From Octopus vulgaris (lineage: Eukaryota): DNA of 64,000 nucleotides. The stretch's first letter is position 1, and every line of letters starts with the position of its first letter. Location of the stretch: contig OX597824.1 in NCBI GenBank assembly GCA_951406725.2, forward strand, positions 85,994,001 to 86,058,000, read 5' to 3'. This document shows positions 39,862 to 53,927 of this stretch, one piece after another. The translations under genes and the position numbers were made by a program. The notes under the pieces were generated by a model. It was given only the letters and a program-made list of their open reading frames with translations. It did no database searches and was not told the DNA's origin.

Positions 39862-41086
39862 AACTGGTAATTATTGTATATGTCACCGGCATGGCTATGT
39901 GGTTCCAGGTTCAGTCCCACTGTGTGGCACCTTGGGCAAGTGTCTTCTATAGCCTCGGGCTGACCAAAACCTTGTGAGTGGATTTGGTAGACGGAGACTG
40001 AGAGAAGCCCATCATATATATATATATATATGTGTGTGTGTGTTTGTGTGTCTATTTTCCCCCCACCCCCACTTGACAACCGATGTTGGTGTGTTTATGT
40101 CCCCATACTTAGCGTGTCAGCTAAAAAGACCAATAGAATAAGTACTGGGCTTACAGCAAATAAGTTCTTGGGTTGATTCATTCGACTGAAGGTGGTACTC
40201 CAGCATGACCACAGTCAAATGACTGAAACCAGTAAAAGAATAAAAGAATGTCATTTCATCACCATACCATGCTTGTATGAGTTGGACAGCTGGAAGCTGT
40301 CCAGACTCCAATTGTTTCTTGTGGCATGGTTTCTGCAGCTGGATGCTTTTCCTAACACCAACCACTTAACAGAGTGTATGCTGGGTACCTTCTATGTGCC
40401 ACCAGCATGGGTACACTTATACAGTACCCACAGGGGTGCATTTATGCAGCACCGGCACTGGTATCTGAAAGGACAAGCTTGTATGTGTGGATTTTGCTTA
40501 GCTTGACATGTCTTATCAAGTCATTTCCTTGGTGAGGCCCTGTATCCAAAGATCCTTTCTCACCATTTCATCCCATGTGATTCTGGGTCTACTCCTTCCA
40601 CCGTTACTCCCCACAATTAAAGCTCTGATTATCCTCTATATGGCAACAAGTAGTTTCCTGTTTGCAGTTAGCTAGATCAGGTTATCAAAACCTTCTAAAT
40701 GAAATTTGGTGGTGTGTTGAAGCCCACCAGAAGGACTGTCCCTGTTCTCAGGTCTCAGATGCAATGCTTGGCTTTTGTCTTTTTGGTGTCTACTCTGTTC
40801 TTTGCACAGCTGTCCTCATCCATATGCATCACATGACCAAACCAGAGCAGTCTTCTCTCTCGCACACACTGTGCTGGTTTGGTCATGTGATGCATATGGA
40901 CGAGGGCAGCTGCCTAAAGAAGTACTGAGCTCTAATTGTGGTGGATACTTGTGGAATAAGTAGAGTCGTTAAAAGGTTGGTTCATGTTGATTGAGCAAGA
41001 GTGCTACTCTTCAAAACTGATCACAACACTCCACAATTGTGTTCATGGTTAAGACGTAACTTTGTACTTTAATGGCTTTATTTTAT

Positions 41087-41592
41087 TTAACCCTTTCATT
41101 ACCAACCCGGCTGTAACCAGCTCTGGCTCTGAGTACAAATGTCTTGTTTTCATAAGTTCTGAATTAAAATCTTCCACAAAACCTTAGTCACAATTTATGT
41201 TACTAACACTAGCTGAATGATAACTAAGTTATTTGACTAAATTCTTTGTTATATTTCAAATTAATTGAAAGAGACACAGAGCATCTCAACAGAAATATGG
41301 GAACAAAAGGGTTAAAAGCACTCATGCTGGTGCCATGTAGAAGGCACTAGTGATGGTGCCACCTTCACCCTTTTGATACCAACCCAGCTGAAACCACTTC
41401 TGGCTCTGTAGTACAAATGTCTTGTTTTCATAAGTTTTGAATTAAAATCTTCCACCAAACCTTAGTCACAATTTATGTTCCTAACACTAGCTGAATGATA
41501 ACTAAATTATTTTACTAAATTCTTTGTTATATTTAAAGTAATTGAAAGAACCACAAACCATCTCAAAATAAATACAGTAACAAAAGGGTTAA
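41087..41592. mobile_element. Second tandem MITE dimer with the homologous 48-bp spacer
   Basis: Units 41087-41315 and 41364-41592. Confidence 0.85.
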
Positions 41593-43341
41593 ATGGCTTG
41601 GTTAAAGGAAGAATAGCAGCACCCATGACTTACCCCTGTAGGGCTCTTTGAGACTGCAGGAGGAAAGGAGGGTGTTATCCTCTGATCAGATCCCCTGAAT
41701 GCTTGCAACAGAGTGGACACCAAAAAGACAAAAGCCAAGCATTGCATCTGAGACCTGAGAACAGGGACAGTCCTTCTGGTGGCCTTCAGCACACCACCAA
41801 ATTTCATTTAGAAGGCTTTGATAACTTGATCTAGCTAACTGCAAACAGGTAACTACTTGTTGCCATATAGAGGATAATCAGATATAATTAATTAATGTAT
41901 TACCAAATGAAGATGTCAGTATAGTTGTGTGGTTAAGAAGCTTGCTTTCCAAGATTATGATCTTGGGTTCAGTGGATTTGATTGATGGAAACTGTAAGAA
42001 GGTTGCCATGTATATATGTATGTGCGTGTTTGTGTGGGCCCTTATCTAGTCCTTTAGCATTTAAAATGACCATATCTGACCCAAATTCTCTACTTGTTCT
42101 ATGTTTGAATTGGTCAGATCCAACCTCTCACACTTACCCTACAATGTCATTCTAAGTATAAACAATTACATCATTTGAATCTTGAAGCTTTGAGATAATG
42201 CATGAGTCATTCAAAACAGTGTGAATAAGCATCACATTTGACAGAGTAATCCGAAAGCTAAAGGTCTAGACATCACATGATCACTGGCTCAGGAACAAAA
42301 TTTGCTTAGGAGGTGCAAACCCAGGCTCAGAAAATTTTACAAAGAAGGTCCTGGGTTTTTTTAAAAGTTTTTTGTTCTTTGAGATGAAACCTAATTCAAG
42401 CTACTTTTTACAGATCACTTTTTTACTCACTGTTTTCTAAACTTGAGCAAAGTAAGTAAGGGTGCAATTCTTGATTTTGCACCTCACAAAAATTTTAGGG
42501 GGTACCAGTGCACCCCCTGAACTTGCTGTTCCTGGTCCCATGTGCATGAAGGTTGTGAATGAAGATCATGCAAGTGAGGTTGCTTATTTCCAGGCTTTCA
42601 TGCAAAAACGTGTCTGGCCATGGGGAAATATCACCTTGCAGTGAGAGTTGGTGACAGGAGAGGGGTATCTGGTTGTAGAAACTCTGCCCTGACAAATTCT
42701 GTCCTGCCCCATGCAACTATGGAAGAGTGGAACTGAAATGATAATGTGTCAGTTGTTGTGCTGAATTCAAATCTTAATGCAAGTACTGCTTGGTAAAAGT
42801 TAAATCTCTTATCAAGCTAAGATGTATTAGCATCTGAGAGATATATGAACAGGAGTTTTCAAGGGTGCTCGAGTGAACCTGTGGTTTTTGGGGACTTGTC
42901 ACTATCTATTTTATACCTATTTCTTTACTACCCACAAGGGGCTAAACACAGAGGGGACAAACAAGGACAGACAAATGGATTAAGTCAATTATATCGATCC
43001 CAGTGCGTAACTGGCACTTAATTTATCCACTCCGAAAGGATGAAAAGCAAAGTCGACCTTGGCAGAATTTGAACTTGGAACGTAGCAGCAGATGAAATAC
43101 CGCTAGGCATTTCGCCCGGTGTGCTAACCTTTCTGCCAGCTCGCTGCCTTAAATCTATTTTATACCTACCGTCCACTGAATGGTGACAAAAATGGTTGAA
43201 CTAGGAAGCCAGGAATAATAAGTTAGTTCATTTCTGAGTAGTTTTTGGGACATGACACCAATTATTTTGTTCACCCCCATCCATCTCACCAAATGACAAA
43301 AGGCTTGTACTATGAAGAATTTTACCTAGGAAGTGTGGTAA

Positions 43342-44475
43342 AGGGCCATTTCTCACGCAGCGTACATGACAGGCACAAATTATGAATATCCAAGCTGTAG
43401 ATTTGTAAGTATTGCATTGATGGATTTTTCACAGTAAATTTTGACTACCCAGGCAAATATTTAATAAAATACATTTTTTTACCTCCAATGTATGTTACAT
43501 TTTCTTTTCTTTTTTTTTATCTAAAAAGTGTGACGTATGTCACATCGTACAAAACTTTTTTTTCCACCTGAAAATATTAACTGCTAATTCCTCTGAATTT
43601 TTGCAGAACAGCATAAAATACCTCACGATGTTTATTTAAATTAACCTTGAAATTTCAATAGAAATGCCAATGAGTTTACTGGACAACAATGGTCTGTGTG
43701 GTCACAATTCTCATTTGCCCTGTGTGATGTGCCTGACGAAAAAAAAAAAAAAAAAAAATGGATGTGCCCCTTTCAAGACGGATATTTTCAATTTCTTCCA
43801 AATATTGTAGATCTGGAAGAAAACGTTTATATAATGGGTTTTCTGGACGTTTTTACAAGACTCAAGTAATCTACTGAGATCCCTTGCTTCATATTTCGTA
43901 TTTAAAAAATAAAAAACTTGCGCATTAGTCACATGGCTACTAATAAATCTACCAATGGTGGGAGCTTCTACGCTTGTCATATGACTTGCTAGTACCAAGC
44001 AGTCACATGACTACTAATAAATCTACCAATGATGGGAGCTCCTAAGCTTGTCATATGACTTGCTTGTACCAAGCAGTCACATGACTGCTAATACAGCTGG
44101 CGGGTTAAGGGAGCTGAGCTACTATAACAGTCACATGATTACTGATACAGCAGTCAAGGAAATTAGCATACTCGCCAGTCACATGATTGCTAACGCCAAG
44201 CAGCCAATAAAAGGGGGGCTTTTGTGCGAGTCACTGTAACCTGCTTGAATGCAACACCCTATTCCGCTGTCCCATTCATAAAGTACTGAGAGGGCATTTT
44301 CTTTGTTGCTGATCTCAGCGTAACGTAAACGTAAACAGCCTGTCAATTAATAGTTAGACGTTTGTTATAAAATGTTTCGAAAGATAAAAAGATGACAAGA
44401 CATATAACTTTTCAACTGAAATACAAAAGATAAAATATTTTGTGTACTACACGCTGTTGCGATAAGCAATCATTT
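43342..44475. mobile_element. Probable old DNA transposon containing a 74-bp tandem repeat
   Basis: Weakly similar inverted ends (ttctcacgcagcgt / acgctgttgcgataa); CpG-richer interior; no intact ORF. Confidence 0.35.
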
Positions 44476-47400
44476 GTTTAGCCTGTTAATGTTGTTTAAC
44501 CACAGGACTATGCTCACGGGCAGACTTACTGTCAAAAGTATTACTTTTACATTGTGTATCTAAGGACTGCACTAACCAATAATATATATATATTTATTTA
44601 CACACACACACATGTATATACATATACAAATGTGTGTGTATGTGGCTGTGTGGTAAGTAGCTTGCTTACCAACCACATGGTTCCAGGTTCAGTCCCACTG
44701 CATGGCACCTTGGGCAAGTGTCTTCTAATATAGCCTCAGGCCAACCAAAGCCTTGAGAGTGGATTTGGTAGACGGAAACTGAAAGAAGCCTTTCTTATAT
44801 ATATACATATATGTGTGTGTGTGTGTGTATATGTTTGTGTGTCTGTGTTTGTCTCCCCAACATCGCTTGACAACTGATGCTGGTGTGTTTACATCCCCGT
44901 TACTTAGTGGTTCGGCGAAAGAGGCCAATAGAATAAGTACTAGGCTTACAAAGAATAAGTCCTGGGTCGATTTGCTCGACTAAAAGGCGGTGCTCCAGCA
45001 TGGCCACAGTCAAATGACTGAAACAAGTAAAAGAGTAAATATATATATATATATATATACATGTGTATATTAATGTTTGTATTCATGTATAACTAATTTT
45101 TTAATGGTTTTAGCCATTGAAATGCAGCTGTGCTGGGACACCACCTTTAAGGGTTTGGTCGATCACATAGACCCTAGTCCATAATTTAAATGTGCTGCTT
45201 ATTCCATCGGTCCCTCTCGGACGAACAGCTGAGCTGCTGTAGTGATGTAGACAAACCAACACCGGTTGTCAGGTACTGACACAAACACACACATCAGGCT
45301 TCCACACACATCCTGTCTACCAATTTTACTCTCAAGACCATCCTGTCTACCAATTTTACTCTGTCTTGGACCATCTGCTAGAAACTTAGGTAGCTTCTCT
45401 GTGCACTGTGCAAAGACTTATAACTCTTGCATGAACGGGATTCTCTATAATGATTTTAAATTTTGGCACAAGGCCAGCAATTTCGGGGGAGGGGATAAGG
45501 TGATTACATTGACCCCAGTGCTCAACTGGTACTTATTTTATCAACCCTGAAAGGATGAAAGGCAAAGTTGACCTCAGTGGAATTTGAACTCGGAATGTAG
45601 AGACAAACGAAATGCCACAAAGCATTTTGCCCAGTGCAGTAACAATTCTGCCAGTTCACTACATTGGGGTTCTCTATAATAGTTAAAATTTGCTCAAGGC
45701 ACCGTGCATGGGTCTGAACTAAGAAGTATGTGGTTACTAAGTGAACCTCTTAATCATACCGCTATACCTTGCCAGTGAAAAATCACTCAGTAGATTTAAC
45801 CCTTTATCCGGCCCAAATATGCTTCCTGTTTTATGTTCTAACTGGCCAGATCAAGCCTATCATACCTACCCTTCAATGCCATTCTAGAAATATACAATCA
45901 CATCATAAAAATTTCAAAGCTGCAAAATAATGCAGGATAAATTGAAAACAATTTGAACGAAAAAGTGTTACCTTTGACAGAATTATCTGAATGCTAAAGG
46001 GTTAAGTCAAGTTTCACATTTAATTTTAAGCTCGTTCCTGTAGAGGGCTAATTAGGACTGTGGCCCAAAACTAAAGGGAACTAAATAGCATGACTATAAT
46101 ACATTTATAAAGACTATATGCCCTGGTGGTGTTTGATCAGAGGTTAAGGATGTATGAGAATTCATTCTGTAATGCAATCATTCTATTGTTCCAGTCTTAG
46201 GTTGAATTCCAACTGTTGGCCAATTTGTCCCAAATTTCTTATCTCAATGTAAAATTAACGAAGCAAATGTCATTTATCTTCCCACTTGATCTCTGAGATC
46301 ATCTGACAAATGCCAACCAAGATGGTGTGAATTAGCCAAGCTTTACCTGCTAGAAATAGCAACCCAAATGCTTTTAAATTAGATCCCAATACTGGATGTT
46401 CAAGAACTAAATGAAGGGTAGCTTTTTCAATCCCGGGGGTCATCCTGATTCCAAAAAAGGTGTAATATGTCTATGTAGAGCAAATTTAGGCTGAGATATT
46501 GGGGTCTTGGACAGACAGAATTTCACGTTTATTATTATAGAAGGAAAGGTTAACAATGATTTCTAAGTTGTATCAGTTGTGGTTCCATCAGAGATTAATG
46601 GCGCCACAACCTTTTCCTTGAAAAATGTGTGTGTGTGTCTAATCAAGAAATGGCCATATTTTATAATGTACTTATAAAAAAAAAAGTAAGGACCATCTTG
46701 AGTCTTTGGACTCATAGAGCTGGTTACCCAGCTTTCACAGTATATATATTTCTTTACTGCCCACAAGGAGCTAAACATAGAGGGGACAAACAAGGACAGA
46801 GAAAGGGATTAAGTCGATTACATCAACCCCAGTGCGAAACTGGTACTTTATTTATCGACCCCGAAAAGATGAAAGGCAAAGTCGACCTTGGCGGAATTTG
46901 AACTCAGAACGTAATGACTGACGAAATACCGCTAAGCATTTCGCCCGGCGTGCTAACGATTCTGCCAGCTCGCTGCCTTTTTTACAGTATATATATATGA
47001 CCAAGATCACAACATTGCGCCCGAACAGGACCCAAGTCTGTTGCAGGGTTACTTTTTTATGGATGAGCAGACTGAAGCAATGTGAAACAAAGTGTTCTTG
47101 CTCAAAAACCCAATGCACTGCCTGATCCTGGAATCAAAACCACGATTTTGGAATTGAGTGCAACACCATAACTTCTAGGTCATGCACCTTCACAGAACGT
47201 AATCATAGATCTCCTAAAAAGGCAAGATTGTCCAGGAGAAGAACATTTGTTGTTTAGGCAAAATTGTTCAGGTGTAGACCATTTATTTGTCATGGGTCTG
47301 CTAGATCAGGGGCATGCCTAGAACTAAGTATCAGCATTATTGACTGAATAAAGGGTAGCATTTGTGACATTCAAATTTCTATGTTTGGGAAAGCCCAAAT

Positions 47401-47493
47401 ATAGAAATACATAGAATAGTCAGTTAGAAATAGAACCTGCATTACTGGAGGAGCTATCACCTATGTCACATTGTATTGCCACTGCAGTAGGGT

Positions 47494-47827
47494 GACCCCC
47501 TTCGGTCATGAATGACCATGGGATTGCACCTAGAAAGTTCCCCTCTGGGGCACAAGTCCAGGAAAGGTTGTTTATGGAAGACCAGCAGTTGCCCATTCAT
47601 ACAAGCCTCCCTTCTCCACACCAATGATGTTACCCACAGGAAAGGCAAAGGCCGATACAGCTTGGCACCAGTGATGTTGCTACTCATTTCTACAGATGAG
47701 TGAACTGGAACAGCGTGAAATAAAGTACTTTGCTCAAGAACACAACATGCAGCCCGGTCAGGGATTTGAGCTCACAACCTCACGATCGTAAGCTCGATGC
47801 TCTAACCACTGAGCCGTGTGCCTTCAC
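47494..47827 (-). mobile_element. SINE family E (tRNA-derived head)
   Basis: Minus strand gaaggcacacggctcagtggttagagcatcgagcttacgatcgtgaggttgtgagctcaaatccc. Other copies: 7396-7717(-), 38733-39070(+), 60765-60958(+, 3' part). Confidence 0.85.
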
Positions 47828-48769
47828 AATGCCAATGCAGTAAATAGTAAATAAAACCTGTCTCCTGGTATTGCTCATTGGATAAATTTTTGCTTTCCAT
47901 TTATTTCAGTTCTTATTTTTCATTAATGATTTTAACAAATTGTAGACAAAATTATGGCTGTGTGATGCAAAGTTTGCTTCCCAACCACATAGTCCCAGGT
48001 TCAGTGTCATTGTGTGGCCCCTTGGGCAAATGATTTTTACTAAAGCCTTAAGCCAACCAAAGCCTTGTGAATGGATTTGGTCGATGGAAACTGTAAGAAC
48101 CCTGTCATGTATACACAAACGTTTATGTGTTTGTTTTACTAGATTCCTGATGTGAAATTGCATGCTGAAACAGATATTGTTATAATTGGGGATGGTCATT
48201 TTTTTTACTGATGAACCACTTTAATGAGGTCACTGGATGTGTGGTTAAGTGGCAAAAATAAAAATGACCATCCCTAAATATAACTCTACTTATGAGGCAA
48301 AGCATTCCTGAATGCAAAGTTGGAAATCCAGGATCTAGAATTATCCAATAATTTTTTACTAGTTTCATCTTGTCTCTTTGTCTTCTCTCCATGTTGATAT
48401 ATGGACAATTAAAGTGGTTTTGGAGTCAGATCATGGCTGCTATTTTCAGCATGGTGGTATCTCGTAGATACCTTAATTTATATATATATACACACACACA
48501 CATCTATGTGTGAGTGTGTGTCTTTGTGCCTGTGTTTGTCTTCCACCACCACTTGCCAACCGGTATTGGTTTGTTTACATTCCCATAATGTAGCAGATCA
48601 GCAAAAGAGACTGATAGAATAATTACCAAACTTAAAAAAGAAATACTGGGGTTGATTTGTTCAACTAAAAATTCTTCAAGGCAGTGTGCCCCAGCATGGT
48701 CGCAGTCTAATGACTGAAACAAATACAGGAAATCAGTCAATAACATATTCTCCTTCATCGTTCACTTGC

Positions 48770-49370
48770 TTCTCAGTGAGACTCTCAATTCTCAGAATCT
48801 CTTGATTCACTGAGTCAAAACCCAGTAGAAATCGCTGGATCTTGACTCAGAGAATTCGTTGAACCAAATTTTTGGCCCCATATTGTTGAACAAAATGCCT
48901 AGAGTAACAGAAAAAAGGTGATAATCTGAAGGGGTTATATCAAGAGAATACAGTGGGTGCAATAGAACCTTTGAAATAATCTCCTGAATAATGGCATTTT
49001 TGGTGAAATTATCAATGTGGCAGTGAGCTTTGCCATGTTGAAGAAGCATGCTGTGTTGGTGTTTAGGTTGATTGGAGCTCACTCACTGAGGGAAGGTACC
49101 ACAAAAGCATCCCATCTGCTAGACCAATTTCCTTGTGGATTGGCACCATTTCCTCATGGGTGAGCTCATTTCAGTCGATCCTCATTGAACTAAATAAGTC
49201 AGCAGGAATGCAAAATGTCTGCACGGTCGAACTTCCCTTCTGGAAGCATGGGAACCATTTCTCTGCGGTTCTTTCAGTAACATCACAAATGTCTTGTATG
49301 GCTTCAGCGACTTTGGAACTTTGGTCCAAAGCGAAAAGAAGCAGGTGTTGAAAATGCTCATTTTTTTTTA
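48770..49370 (-). mobile_element. Decayed mariner element
   Basis: N-terminal KNEHFQHLLLFA...ERTAEKWF and C-terminal LLHPLYSLDITPSDYHLF motifs on the minus strand. Confidence 0.75.
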
Positions 49371-50524
49371 TATACTTTGCTCTTTTACTCTTTTACTTGT
49401 TTCAGTCATTTGACTGTGGCCATGCTGGAGCACCCACCGCCTTTAGTCGAGCAAATCGACCCCAGGACCTATTCTTTGAAAGCCTAGTTCTTATTCTATC
49501 GGTCTCTTTTGCTGAACCGCTAAGTTACGGGGACGTAAACACACCAGCATCGGTTATCAAGCGATGTTGGGGGGACAAACACAGACACACAAACATATAC
49601 ACACACACACAGACATATATACGACGGGCTTCTTTAAGTTTCCGTCTACCAAATCCACTCACAAGGTTTTGGTTGGCCCGAGGCTGTAGTAGAAGACACT
49701 TGCCCAAGGTGCCATGCAGTGGGACTGAACCCAGAACCATGTGGTTGGTATGCAAGCTACTTACCACACAGCCACTCCTCCTAATTTCATTTGCACTGAA
49801 AAATAATAAAAATTTATTCAAATTTCAAAAACATACAAAAGTTGTAGATGAAAAAAAAGACACAAAAAAAATATTTTTTGTCCTAATTCAAATAACTCTG
49901 GAAAGAAATGGACAAACTTATCTGACGACCCAATATAATTTCATTTTGCATCCCAGAAGAATATAAACTTGACTGGTACCTTTTTTTGTTATCAACCCCA
50001 GAGGAACGGATAGCAAATCTGACCTCAGAATATGGAACAGGTCATTGCTAAATATCATTAGACATGCCAATCTGCTGCATAATCTGTATTGAATTCCCAT
50101 CAGACCTATTTTATCATCCTCAGTATTACCAGCTTGATAAATCAAAGCTCCCTTAAGTCTTCGCACTTCCTTGTTCACTGATTTAGTAACTAAATCCCTC
50201 GCTTTACTCCGAATACTGATAGTGACTCAGAAATTCCAACATTTTTAATTAATTATGTTACCAACTATCGTTTCTTTTTTTTTTTTTTTTTTTGCTCTTC
50301 CCTCTCTTGGATTTCATTATATCAGTCACACTTTGTCCAGTATCTCTCTCACCCCACTCTCCCTCCCTCCCTCTTTCTCTCTAACACACACACACCTATA
50401 TTAGATTACTAATTAAATTTATTAGACATAATTATTGCACTTAATGTTGAACTAAAAAATTACATCAAAAGTAGTCTCTCACACACAGACACTCTTTCCT
50501 GCTTCCCCATTCTGACTTCAATCG

Positions 50525-50557
<33 letters not shown>

Positions 50558-51049
50558 ATTACCCTCTCTTTGTCTCTGTCTTCAGTCACACTCACTCTCT
50601 CTCTCTCCCTCTCTGTGTCATCCTTCAACTTCTCTCTTTTTGTCTTCAGTCACTCTCTCCCCAAATACTCTCTCTTCATCATTCTATATCTTTCTCAACA
50701 ATCCATCAGGATAAATACCAGAATGAAGGATCTGATGCAGCCAAAACTAGAAGTTGAATACAATTCTTGGGTATTCTTTTTGAGTACAGTTAGAATCCAT
50801 ATGAATGTAACTCAAGTAACCCTTCCATATCTTGAGTAATGTACAAAGACCTCTTTGATGAAGTTCTCTTAGATTTTTGAAAATTATCCACTGTAACTAT
50901 ATATATCATCATCATCGTTTAACGTTCGCTTTCCATGCTAGCATGGGTTGGACGATTTGACTGAAGACTGGCAAACCAGATGGCTGCACCAAGCTCCAAT
51001 CTGATCTGGCAGAGTTTCTACAGCTGGATGCCCTTCCTAATGCCAATAG

Positions 51050-51093
<44 letters not shown>

Positions 51094-51393
51094 TGGAGGC
51101 GCAATGGCCCAGTGGTTAGGGCAGCGGACTCGTGGTCGTAGTTTCGTGGTTTCGATTCTCAAACTGGGCGTTGTGAGTGTTTATTGAATGTAAACACCCA
51201 AAGTTCCATGAGGCTCCAGCAGGGGGTGTTGGTGATCCCTGCTGTACTCTTTCGCCACAACTTTCTCTCACTCTGTCTTCTGCTGGCCTGCTCACTTAGC
51301 CAGCAGGGTGGCATCATTTGAAGGCTAAAACAATGCGACGCGCATTGTGACCAGCGATGTGTAACAACATTAGTCATGGTGATCACGGTGATA

Positions 51394-51432
<39 letters not shown>

Positions 51433-51641
51433 TCTGTAAATAATATTTTATAAGCTTAAAGGTTATAAGTGTTCACCAAGACTAAAGAAAATAATATTGG
51501 AGCCCTCTGTGGAAGCCCCAATATTAGACTATTTTCTTTAGGCATTACATGGTGATCACTTACAAGCTTTAAACTTATAAAATAATATTATATACAGAAT
51601 TGTAAAATTTGGGACTGCTTTTCAAAAACACCATACATATA

Positions 51642-51676
<35 letters not shown>

Positions 51677-52022
51677 GCACAGGAGTGGTTGTGTGGTAAG
51701 TAGCTTGCTTACCAACCATATGGTTCTGGGTTCAGTGTCCCACTGTGTAGCACCTTGGGCAAGTGTCTTCTACTATATCCTCGGGCCGACCAAAGCCTTG
51801 AGTGGATTTGGTAGATGGAAACTGAAAGAAGCCCGTCGTATATATGTATGTGTGTGTGTTGCATGTGTCTGTGTTTGTCCCCCCCAACATCGCTTGACAA
51901 CTGATGCTGGTGTGTTTAAGTACTAGGCTTACAAAGAATAAGTCCTGGGGTCAATTTGCTTGACTAAAGGCGGTGCTCCAGCATGGCCGCAGTCAAATGA
52001 CTGAAAGAGTGTGTATATATAT

Positions 52023-52056
<34 letters not shown>

Positions 52057-52734
52057 TACTTCAACTCAGTTTCTGTCCACCATACTCACTCCTAAGGCAC
52101 TGGTCAATGCAGGGCTGTAGTGGAAGGTCCAAGGTGCCGTGCAGTGGGACCGAATGTAAAACCACATGACTGCAAAGCCAGCTTCTTAGCTACATACTCG
52201 TGCCTGCTAGCGATTGCATTATGGAGGATTTCCGGCATACAAGGAAAAAAAAAAACAAAATGAAAAAAAATCCAAAGCAAAAAAGAAAACAAAACAACTA
52301 TTGCCATCAGATATTCCTGAATGAGATATATTGATAAGTTTTCAAACTATTAGTATCTATGTAAAGTTTCAACATCCTCTTTTAGATATTGTTTTACGGC
52401 CTTAAGCAATGCAATTGCCATAACTTCCTGAATACTATTGTTCTGCACAAGTAGAAAACAATCCAGTTTTATGCAGTGTTTTCAAGGATGCCAAAATGGA
52501 CTAACCACATCCTTTTATGTGTCATTGACTGAGCATTTACACAGTTACTTTATCTGCTAAAAATAGCAGCTAAATCTTCCTTGACCCTACACCAGCTGGA
52601 TCTGGTTCAAATATGCTACCTGTTTTATGTTGAAACCAAACCAGATCTGGCCCAAATATTCTATTTGTTTTATTTTCAAGCATACCTGATCTGGCCCCAA
52701 ATATTCTGCCCATTGTATATTCAAACCATCCAGA

Positions 52735-53196
52735 TTTGGCGGAATTTGAACTCAGAACATAAAGACTGACGAAATACCTATTTCTTTACTACCCACAAGG
52801 AGCTAAACACAGAGAGGACAAACAAGGACAGACACAAATGGATTAAGTCGATTATATCAACCCCAGTGCGTAACTGGTACTTAATTTATCGACCCTGAAA
52901 GGATGAAAGGCAAAGTCGACCTTGGCGGAATTTGAACTCAGAACGTAGCGGCAGACGAAATACCTATTTCTTTACTACCCACAAGGGGCTAAACACAGAG
53001 AGGACAAACAAGGACAGACAAACGGATTAAGTCGATTATATCAACCCCAGTGCGTAACTGGTACTTAATTTATTGACCCTGAAAGGATGAAAGGCAAAGT
53101 CGACCTTGGCGGAATTTGAACTCAGGACGTAACGGCAGACGAAATACGGCTACACATTTCGCCCGGCGTGCTAACATCTCTGCCAGCTCGCTGCCT
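52735..53196 (-). mobile_element. SINE family C (Meta/MESC-like core) with tandemly repeated ~180-bp body
   Basis: Core gtcgactttgcctttcatcctttc...aagtaccag. Other copies: 2172-2551(+, two bodies), 24995-25422(-, two bodies), 42915-43150(-), 46748-46980(-). Confidence 0.85.
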
Positions 53197-53927
53197 TTTC
53201 AGACATAATCTATTGGCTGATTGTGTTGACCTTTTTAAAGCCAACCTGTCTGAGGGCCCTCTTGGTTTTATGATATAAATGCCTTGTTTTAAAGTGATAT
53301 AAATTAAACCCTTCCTTCAAAACTTAATGTTAATTTATGTTAATTTATGTTCCATATGTTTGCTTAATAATAAGAAATCTACTTGATCAAATTCTTTATT
53401 TTCAAAATTAATCGAATCAAACGCAGTTTATTTCTACAGTTTATTTCAGCATTTTGCCCGGCGTGCTAACGATCCTGCCAGCTCACTGCCTTATTCAAGG
53501 AAACAATTACTGTTTGCAAAGCTGTATCCAGTTGTTAGTGGGACACAGTTTTTCCCCCAAGTTCATTATAGTCTTTGTTGAGTTGAACTCTCTATTCATG
53601 AATGCCAGGCACCTCAGCTGATTCTTTTTTCTTTATTTATATATTTACTTTTTTTTTTATTCAAAAGTGTAAGTGGCAAAGTTTGTAGGAGTGAGCAATG
53701 ACTGTTGGAACTCCTATTGAAGTTGTTGTAGCAATGAGATATTTATCTCTCGTTACCTTTTAATTACACGTAGTCAAATCAGAGCTAAGTACGAACTGGC
53801 CTATTTTGAACCTATTCCAGACTTTGGAACTATTTAGATATTTGATTTTTTTCTGTCATTACCAACAGCAGTACTAAATAAATAGTACTACAATCTGTGT
53901 GTGTATATATCTATATATGTGTATATA

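Noticed and set aside
49397-49966. Recurrent peptide LTRLWSARGYSRRHLPKVP...LLTTQPLL in many ORFs
   Set aside because: Antisense translation of the family-A SINE head, not a gene family.
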